Below, one piece after another: positions 17,516-23,910 of a DNA stretch of 23,910 nucleotides. Source of the DNA: Tubiluchus corallicola (taxonomy: Eukaryota > Animalia > Priapulida); assembly GCA_030141605.1 (NCBI GenBank), contig JAQGDQ010000742.1, positions 65,025 through 88,934 of the forward strand, given 5' to 3'. The first letter of the stretch is position 1; the number at the start of each line of letters is the position of its first letter. The position numbers were made by a program, and so were the translations under genes. Below the pieces are notes generated by a model, which ran no database searches, was not told where the DNA came from, and was given only the letters and a program-made list of their open reading frames with translations.

Positions 17516-18517
17516 TCAATACTCTTCCTTCTGCATTGCTTCATCAAATGCCATTACAGATGGCTCAAAATCAATCTTCTTCACAAATCGACAGGCCTCC
17601 CTAGCCCCTGCTTCTCTATCCATCCCAGTATCCTCCCACTCAACAGACAGCGGCCCCACATACTCGGTATCATTTAACGCACGAATAATATTTTCAAAGT
17701 TGATATTGCCTCTTCCCAGCGAACGGAAGTTCCAAAACCTACGATGATCTCCAAACTCCATATGCCCCCCAAACACTCCTACAAAAGTGGGAGTCTCCGA
17801 CCAGTATACATCCTTCATATGCACATGAAAAATACGCTCTTTAAACTCATAAATAAACTTTACATAGTCGACTCCCTGATAGCCGAAGTGGCTCGGATCA
17901 TAATTGAACCCAAAGGCAGGGTGATAGTCAATAGCTTTTAGCGCCATATGTGCAGAGTGAATGTCAAAGGCTATCTCAGTAGGGTGCACCTCAAGCGCAA
18001 ACTTTACTCCCATCTTGTGGTACTCGTCCAAAATAGGCTTCCAGCGTTTTGCAAAATCGCTATACCCTTTCTCAATCATATCTTTTGAAACAGGAGGGAA
18101 AGAGTAATTTAAATGCCATATAGAACTTCCTGTAAACCCATTTACAACATCCACACCAAGCCTCTTTGCCACTCTCCCCGTCTCTATTATCTCTTTGGCA
18201 GCACGCTGGCGCACTCCTTCAGGATCACCATCCCCCCATATATGGTCAGGCAGAATACCTTTATGCCTCTCATCAATATTATCGCACACACATTGCCCTA
18301 CTAGATGTGTCGATATAGAGAACAACTGTAATCCGTATCTTTTCAAAATAGCTTTACGCTCGTTACAGTAAGCTTCATCAGCTTTATTTATCTCTACATG
18401 ATCTCCCCAACAGCAAAGCTCAACACCATCATATCCAAATTCACTGGCCTTTTGGCATACTATCTCAATAGGCAGATCTGCCCACTGACCTGTAAAAAGT
18501 GTCACCTTTCTTGTCAT
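17516..18517 (-). CDS. Sugar phosphate isomerase/epimerase (xylose-isomerase-like TIM barrel, AP_endonuc_2 family)
   Basis: [18 protein letters not shown], metal-binding motifs FALEVHP, YDPSH, HVHMKD, LSVEWED. Confidence 0.9.
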   Translation of the reverse strand: MTRKVTLFTGQWADLPIEIVCQKASEFGYDGVELCCWGDHVEINKADEAYCNERKAILKRYGLQLFSISTHLVGQCVCDNIDERHKGILPDHIWGDGDPEGVRQRAAKEIIETGRVAKRLGVDVVNGFTGSSIWHLNYSFPPVSKDMIEKGYSDFAKRWKPILDEYHKMGVKFALEVHPTEIAFDIHSAHMALKAIDYHPAFGFNYDPSHFGYQGVDYVKFIYEFKERIFHVHMKDVYWSETPTFVGVFGGHMEFGDHRRFWNFRSLGRGNINFENIIRALNDTEYVGPLSVEWEDTGMDREAGAREACRFVKKIDFEPSVMAFDEAMQKEEY

Positions 18518-18556
18518 TTCAGATTCTCTAATTTAATCAGTTTGTCAAAAATTACA

Positions 18557-19717
18557 CTATTTGCCGAACTTAATCCACTTTACCTTATCATCATACCCGG
18601 CTTCAACAACAGCATCAATAAACTGCATACCACGTACTCCATCATCAACACCCGGAAAATCAAGCCACTCTGGCTTTGGATTAATCCCATTCGATTTGGC
18701 GCGCACGGTAAGCGAAAAGTTTCTGTATATATTTGCAAACGCTTCAAGATACCCCTCAGGGTGCCCTCCAGGAGTACGTGTATTGTGCATTGCAATACCG
18801 CTCATGTACTCTCGTCCGGTCCTTACTATTTCAGTTGGCTTATCTACCCACTTTACAATCAATGTGTTTGGCTCATGCTGTGCCCACTCCAGTCCGCCTT
18901 CACTACCATAAACCCTTATCTTCAAAGCATTTTCTTCACCCGCAGCTACCTGGGTAGCCATTAATACTCCCTTTGCCCCATTATTAAACTTGAGAATAAC
19001 AGTTCCATCATCGTCAAGCAACCGCCCAGTAACAAATATTGACAGATCGGCACATAGCTCAGTAGTTTTCAAACCGGTCACATACTCTGCAAGATGATGG
19101 GCATGTGTACCTATATCTCCCATACAACCCGCCTTGCCCGAACGCTTCGGGTCTGTTCTCCATGATGCCTGGGGATTATCTGTATCTTCAAGTTTTGAAG
19201 AAAGCCACCCCTGTGGATACTCCACATATACCTTTTTTATCTCACCAAAATCACCACGTGCAATACGCTCTTTAGCCTCTTTCACCGCCGGATAGCCTGA
19301 ATAGGTATGAGTAAGTGCCAATATAAGCTCTGTCTCCTCAACCTTCGCCTTCAGCTTCAAGGCTTCATTAAGATCAAATGTAATAGGCTTATCCAACACA
19401 ACATGAAACCCACCGTCAAGCGCCATCATAGCAGGATCATAGTGAACAAAATTTGGTGTTACTATAGACACAAAATCCATCCTCTCCTCTTCAGAAAGAT
19501 TTTTCTCCTTCTCAAACATCTCCTGATAGGTCTTGTAAATCCTACTATCGGGCAAATAGTATGACTTACCAGAAGAGACAGACACAGCCGGATCAACGCT
19601 AAAGCACCCACACACCAGTTCTATCTCTCCATCCATAAAAGCGGCCAGGCGATGAATAGCCCCTATAAAGGCATCACTACCCCCACCTATCATTCCCATT
19701 CGCAGCTTTCTTTTCAT
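18557..19717 (-). CDS. Gfo/Idh/MocA-family NAD(P)-dependent oxidoreductase
   Basis: LRMGMIGGG (Rossmann fold), IVTPNFVH, HVVLDKP, WRTDPKRSG, GDIGTHA, GHPEGYLEAFANIY. Confidence 0.92.
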   Translation of the reverse strand: MKRKLRMGMIGGGSDAFIGAIHRLAAFMDGEIELVCGCFSVDPAVSVSSGKSYYLPDSRIYKTYQEMFEKEKNLSEEERMDFVSIVTPNFVHYDPAMMALDGGFHVVLDKPITFDLNEALKLKAKVEETELILALTHTYSGYPAVKEAKERIARGDFGEIKKVYVEYPQGWLSSKLEDTDNPQASWRTDPKRSGKAGCMGDIGTHAHHLAEYVTGLKTTELCADLSIFVTGRLLDDDGTVILKFNNGAKGVLMATQVAAGEENALKIRVYGSEGGLEWAQHEPNTLIVKWVDKPTEIVRTGREYMSGIAMHNTRTPGGHPEGYLEAFANIYRNFSLTVRAKSNGINPKPEWLDFPGVDDGVRGMQFIDAVVEAGYDDKVKWIKFGK

Positions 19718-19863
19718 AACTAACTATTTATGAGAGTTTTGAGTATTAGTGTTTAACAAATAGTTCTTAATTACATAAAGTGTAAATATACAAAACATTT
19801 TCAGGTAGTTTATGAACTACCCAACTCTTATTTTTTCACCTCCCGGTTTCATACTTACAAAAT

Positions 19864-20007
19864 GAGACCTTTACAAAACAAAAGATTCTGGCTCAGGCCA
19901 GGTTGAGGAAAAATTTCAATGAAAAACCCAACTTACTGATGTAGATGAAAGTATTAAAGAGAACTTGACGAAAATATTAATAAAAAGATCAGTATTATAA
20001 AAACCCC
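19864..20007. mobile_element. MITE-like dispersed repeat, copy A (degenerate right end)
   Basis: Begins GAGACCTTTACAAAAC and has the core AAAATTTCAATGAAAAACCCAACTTACTGATGTAGATGA. Ends GTATTATAAAAACCCC, a decayed right TIR. Confidence 0.6.
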
Positions 20008-20058
20008 CAAGACAACCTAAAACCAGGGTAAATTACTAATTTTACTCCGGGAACCAAC

Positions 20059-20196
20059 GAAGCTTTTACAAAGTTGAAAAAGTTGGCTTAGATTGAGGGA
20101 AACTTCGATAAAAAACCTCAATTTACTAATGTAAATGAAAACTTTAAGAGGATTTTGAAAAGAATACTAATAAAAGATTAGTTTTGCAAAGGACTT
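20059..20196. mobile_element. MITE-like dispersed repeat, copy B
   Basis: GAAGCTTTTACAAAG ... AAACTTCGATAAAAAACCTCAATTTACTAATGTAAATGA ... GTTTTGCAAAGGACTT. Confidence 0.65.
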
Positions 20197-20237
20197 GCCT
20201 TTATACACCTAAAAATCAACTCTCTACAACATTACTT

Positions 20238-20882
20238 GTGAAACTACCTAAAGAGATCGAAAATTATATTTTATCGCACATTGATGACGAAGACCCGCTA
20301 CTATCAGAGCTTTACCGGGAGACACATGTGAAAATACTCCATGCCAGAATGTGCTCAGGGCATATGCAGGGCTCCATCTTAACACTTCTTAGTAAGATCG
20401 TAAGACCACAATTTATCTTAGAAGTAGGTACATTTACAGGCTATTCCGCTATATGCTTATCCAAAGGGCTTGTAAAAGATGGAACTATACACACAATAGA
20501 GAAAAGTGACGAAATGGAGGTATTTGCAAAAAAATATTTTGAAAAAGCGGGATTGACAAATAAAATTATTCAACATATAGGTGATGTATCTGATATAATA
20601 CCAAAACTGAATATCGAATTTGATATGGTTTTTATGGATGCAGACAAGCGCGCCTACCCGGAACACTACCACTCTGTTCTGCCAAAAGTTAGAATAAACG
20701 GAATTATTATAATAGATAATACCCTATGGGGAGGGAAAGTTATTAAAAAGAACCTGAACAAAGATGAACAAACAGAAGGTATCGTCCACTTTAATAATAT
20801 TGTTAAACAGGATAAAAGAGTTGAAACCTATATGATACCTATAAGAGACGGAATAACAGTTTTGAGAAAAATAGCGGACTAG
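20238..20882 (+). CDS. SAM-dependent O-methyltransferase (Methyltransf_3; caffeoyl-CoA OMT/TrmR-like)
   Basis: Probable GTG start at 20238 (MKLPKEIENYILSH). MCSGHMQG, ILEVGTFTGYS, FDMVFMDADK, IIDNTLWGG, PIRDG. The ORF-track start at 20184 lies inside repeat copy B. Confidence 0.9.
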   Translation: MKLPKEIENYILSHIDDEDPLLSELYRETHVKILHARMCSGHMQGSILTLLSKIVRPQFILEVGTFTGYSAICLSKGLVKDGTIHTIEKSDEMEVFAKKYFEKAGLTNKIIQHIGDVSDIIPKLNIEFDMVFMDADKRAYPEHYHSVLPKVRINGIIIIDNTLWGGKVIKKNLNKDEQTEGIVHFNNIVKQDKRVETYMIPIRDGITVLRKIAD

Positions 20883-20902
20883 CAGCAACGGGCCACTCTT
20901 CC

Positions 20903-21048
20903 GACACCTTTGCAAGATAAAAAACCTTGACTCAGGCTGAAAAAATTGATGAAATCCGAACCTCGCCAATATATAAATAAAGAGGTTGAATATGTTTTTT
21001 GACAAAAAGGAGGCCACAAGCAGTATAAATGCGCTTTGCAAAAGCCTC
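20903..21048. mobile_element. MITE-like dispersed repeat, copy C (between convergent genes)
   Basis: GACACCTTTGCAAGA ... CTCAGGCTGAAAAAATTGATGAAATCCG ... GCTTTGCAAAAGCCTC. Confidence 0.55.
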
Positions 21049-21051
21049 TTT

Positions 21052-22362
21052 CTATAAACTACAAAGCAGCTCAGCCACAACGAAAGAACTTCCTCCAACA
21101 AAAATCATATCCTCACTTCCCGCTTCTGAAACAGCTGCACTAAAAGCACCAACCACAGATGAAAAAGTAACACCTGTAAGTCCCTTACCTCTTGCCTGCT
21201 CTGTAAGTATCACTGCATCAAGTGATCGTGGCAGTTCCGCTTTTGTAAAATAGTACTTTGCATCCCGTGGCAAAAGATCAAGCATTACACCAATATCCTT
21301 ATCATTGACAAAACCCAAAACAACATGTAAGCACTTATGTGGTGTCTGCTCTATTTGACTTATGACCTGCTCTATTCCACTCTCATTATGTGCAATATCA
21401 CAAACAATATATGGATCCTTCCCCAGTACCTGCCAGCGCCCGGATAGACCGGTTAGCCTTACAACATTCTGCAACCCACTACGCAGTGCCTTTTCCGGTA
21501 TTTTCATCCCCAAGCTTTCAAGCTTTGATATAGCTGTCAGCGCAATAATCAGATTTTTCACTTGGTATCTTCCCAACAACCCCAATGCAAGGCTAGAGTA
21601 AATAACCTCTCCCGCACTGCAAACATCAAACACCTGGCTATTAGCCGATAATGACAGAGAAGCACACTCAAACTGCTCATCAGCATATAAAATCGCAGCA
21701 TCTTGCTTTTTGGCGTACAACTCAAACAGATATCGTAGCCGAGAACTAACCTCACCTATAACTACAGGAACACCTCTCTTAATTATCCCCGCCTTTTCTG
21801 TAGCAATCCTCTCTACAGTATTGCCAAGAATAGAAGTGTGGTCCATGCCTATATTAGTAATTACAGATAACACGGGAAGTATGATATTAGTCGAATCCAG
21901 TCTCCCTCCCAGGCCGGTCTCAACAACAGCTATGTCCACACTTTTTTTTGCAAAATAATCAAACGCCATTGCAACAGTAAGCTCAAAAAATGATGGCTTT
22001 AACTCAGTACTACAGCTTTCTTTGCAAAACCTATTCACAAAATCTACAACAGCGCTTTCGGATATCATCTCCCCCCCTACCCTGATACGCTCTCTAAAAT
22101 CTTTCAAATGAGGTGACGTATACAACCCAACCTTATAACCACACTCCTGCAATACACCCGATATCATATGAGAAACCGAACCCTTCCCATTTGTTCCGGC
22201 CACATGAACAGTCATGTACTTCTTATGAGGATACCCACACATCTCATCCAGCTTCAAACTGTTATCAAGCCCGCTCTTATAAGCTGAAACACCCTCTCTT
22301 TGGTAACAAGGAAGCTGCGCATACAAATACTTCAATACCTCAGAAAACTTATCCATAAACAT
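21052..22362 (-). CDS. folC: Bifunctional folylpolyglutamate synthase/dihydrofolate synthase
   Basis: HVAGTNGKGS (P-loop), GLYTSPHL, FRERIR, VETGLGGRLDSTN, DHTSILG, EKAGIIK, GRWQ, CDIAHN, DKD, GGSSFVV. Confidence 0.96.
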   Translation of the reverse strand: MFMDKFSEVLKYLYAQLPCYQREGVSAYKSGLDNSLKLDEMCGYPHKKYMTVHVAGTNGKGSVSHMISGVLQECGYKVGLYTSPHLKDFRERIRVGGEMISESAVVDFVNRFCKESCSTELKPSFFELTVAMAFDYFAKKSVDIAVVETGLGGRLDSTNIILPVLSVITNIGMDHTSILGNTVERIATEKAGIIKRGVPVVIGEVSSRLRYLFELYAKKQDAAILYADEQFECASLSLSANSQVFDVCSAGEVIYSSLALGLLGRYQVKNLIIALTAISKLESLGMKIPEKALRSGLQNVVRLTGLSGRWQVLGKDPYIVCDIAHNESGIEQVISQIEQTPHKCLHVVLGFVNDKDIGVMLDLLPRDAKYYFTKAELPRSLDAVILTEQARGKGLTGVTFSSVVGAFSAAVSEAGSEDMIFVGGSSFVVAELLCSL

Positions 22363-22461
22363 GTCTTTTCAGGCACACAAAGGTGGTAAAAATATTGTGT
22401 CAGTTGAACTAAATAAGATGTTTTACTATCTTTAAACAAAGCACACTAAAAATACAACTCT

Positions 22462-23780
22462 ATGAGCCACCCAAAAATTTTCGTCCTTGACACAAATGTT
22501 ATTTTACACGACCACAAGTGTATATACAACTTTGACAACAATAATGTTGTGATTCCCATAACCGTTCTTGAAGAACTTGATAAGTTTAAAAGAGGAAATA
22601 GCCATATCAATTTTCAGGCAAGACAATTTGTAAGGGTGCTTGATGAAATAGTAGGTGATGAGCTGTTTAACGGTGGGCTCTCGTTAGGCAAGGACAAAGG
22701 CAGTCTTTTCATAGAAACAGGTAAGCCTTTTTCAGAAAAACTGCGACAATCTTTTAAGGAAGACATACCAGACCACCGCATATTATCTATTGCTGAATAC
22801 ACTAGGAACACCCTGATACAAGAACCATTTTTGTAACTAAGGATATAAACCTTAGAATGAAAGCAAAATCCCTGCATATTGAATCAGAAGACTACAAAAG
22901 TGATAAAATACCTGATATAAATGTACTATACCGCGGCATCAGAGAAATTCACGATTTTGATGATGCACTTATAGGAAAACTATACGAGCACAGGCGGCTC
23001 TCAATGGATGAATGTAATGTAGAGCCAGCCCCGTTCCCAAATGAATTTTTTATAATAAAAGGAGCGCAATCAAGTGCTTTAGCACACTATAACCCACTCG
23101 ACTCATACATTGAACGTGTAGACAAAATCAGTACTCATGGAATAAAACCACGTAATGCGGAACAGGCATTCTCTCTAAACGCCCTACTTAACCCCGAAAT
23201 AAAACTGGTAACCATTACAGGTAAAGCAGGGACAGGAAAAACATTACTAGCTTTGGCTGCGGCAATAGCACAAAGTAAGGTGTATAATCAAATTCTTCTG
23301 GCTAGACCCATTGTAGCTCTAAGTAATCGGGACCTGGGCTTTCTTCCAGGTGATGCAGAAGAAAAAATATCTCCATACATGCAGCCTCTATTTGACAACC
23401 TCGCCGTTATAAAAAGGTGCTTTAACTCAAGAAGCGTTGAACATCAGCTGATAGAAGAGCTTTTAAAAACCGAACGATTGATAATCACACCTCTGGCATA
23501 CATTCGCGGACGAAGTTTATCAAACTGCTTTTTCATTATTGATGAAGCCCAGAACCTGACACCACATGAAGTAAAAACTATTATAACCCGTGCGGGAGAA
23601 GGGGCAAAAATGGTGTTCACCGGAGATATACAGCAAATAGACTCCCCATATCTGGATATGCAATCAAATGGATTAGCATTTCTAACTGACAGGATGAAAG
23701 GACAGGATCTATTTGCCCACGTCAACCTGATAAAAGGAGAACGTAGCTACCTTGCAGAGCTTGCCAGTGATCTGCTATAA
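22462..23780 (+). pseudogene. phoH: PhoH2-type PIN domain + PhoH ATPase protein, split by a -1 frameshift near 22806-22812 (real or sequencing error)
   Basis: N part has PIN motifs FVLDTNVILHD, VLEELDKFK, DHRIL. The other frame from 22809 reads HPDTRTIFVTKDINLRMKAKSL (PIN motif TKDxNLR) and continues into PhoH (PRNAEQ, GKAGTGKT, LGFLPG, YIRGRS, IIDEAQN, GDIQQID, ERS). Confidence 0.88.
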
Positions 23781-23781
23781 G

Positions 23782-23902
23782 GAGACCTTTGCAAAACGAA
23801 AAGCCTTCCAGATCAAAGAAAATTCAATGAAAAACCGTAATTTACTAATGCGAATAAGGATTTTGACAAAAACTGTTAATACAAGGAGTTTTGCAAAGAT
23901 CT
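23782..23902. mobile_element. MITE-like dispersed repeat, copy D (best-preserved TIRs)
   Basis: AGACCTTTGCAAAAC (23783-23797) and GTTTTGCAAAGATCT (23888-23902) are inverted repeats matching at 14/15. Core AAAATTCAATGAAAAACCGTAATTTACTAATGCGAATAAGGATTTTG. Starts right after the phoH stop. Confidence 0.72.
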
Positions 23903-23910
23903 TTTACAAA

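Noticed and set aside
18398-18964. 188-aa antisense ORF, and the other short ORFs nested within large genes
   Set aside because: Shadow ORFs overlapping well-supported genes, with no motifs of their own.
19864-20196. Copies A and B as a CRISPR array
   Set aside because: Units are ~140 bp, diverged and dispersed. There are no identical 25-45 bp repeats with unique spacers and no cas genes.
20724-21101. 125-aa minus-strand ORF spanning the methyltransferase/folC junction
   Set aside because: Overlaps two real genes and reads through repeat copy C; no protein features.
22462-22836. Stand-alone PIN toxin of a toxin-antitoxin pair
   Set aside because: It is the N-terminal part of a frameshifted PhoH2, and no antitoxin ORF fits in the 99-bp divergent gap to folC.

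Overview
Bacteroidota-type (Bacteroidales/Marinilabiliales-like) chromosomal window with two halves separated by a tRNA-Ile2(CAT) gene at 16109-16182. The left ~16 kb looks like accessory glycan-foraging DNA. It holds the end of one SusC/SusD pair (+), then a convergent polysaccharide utilization locus (-): STN-SusC, SusD, a catalytically degenerate GH18 lipoprotein and an intact chitinase-type GH18 lipoprotein. Next come about 1 kb of decayed DNA with an attC-like imperfect hairpin, a frameshifted IS1634-family element with 15-bp terminal inverted repeats and no target duplication, and an orphan C-terminal fragment of a GH2 beta-galactosidase. Tandem and inverted 11-bp repeats beside the tRNA 3' end suggest a genomic-island attachment site. 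The right half is housekeeping-like: mtnA, a sugar-phosphate isomerase and Gfo/Idh/MocA pair, an O-methyltransferase, folC and a frameshifted PIN-PhoH (PhoH2). Four degenerate copies of a ~120-146 bp MITE-like element (ends GAGACCTTTGCAAAAC...GTTTTGCAAAGG) lie in its intergenic gaps. The most interesting signals are the active plus pseudo-enzyme GH18 pair, the MITE family, the island/att signature and the attC-like relic. All assignments are by eye from motifs; no database searches were run.
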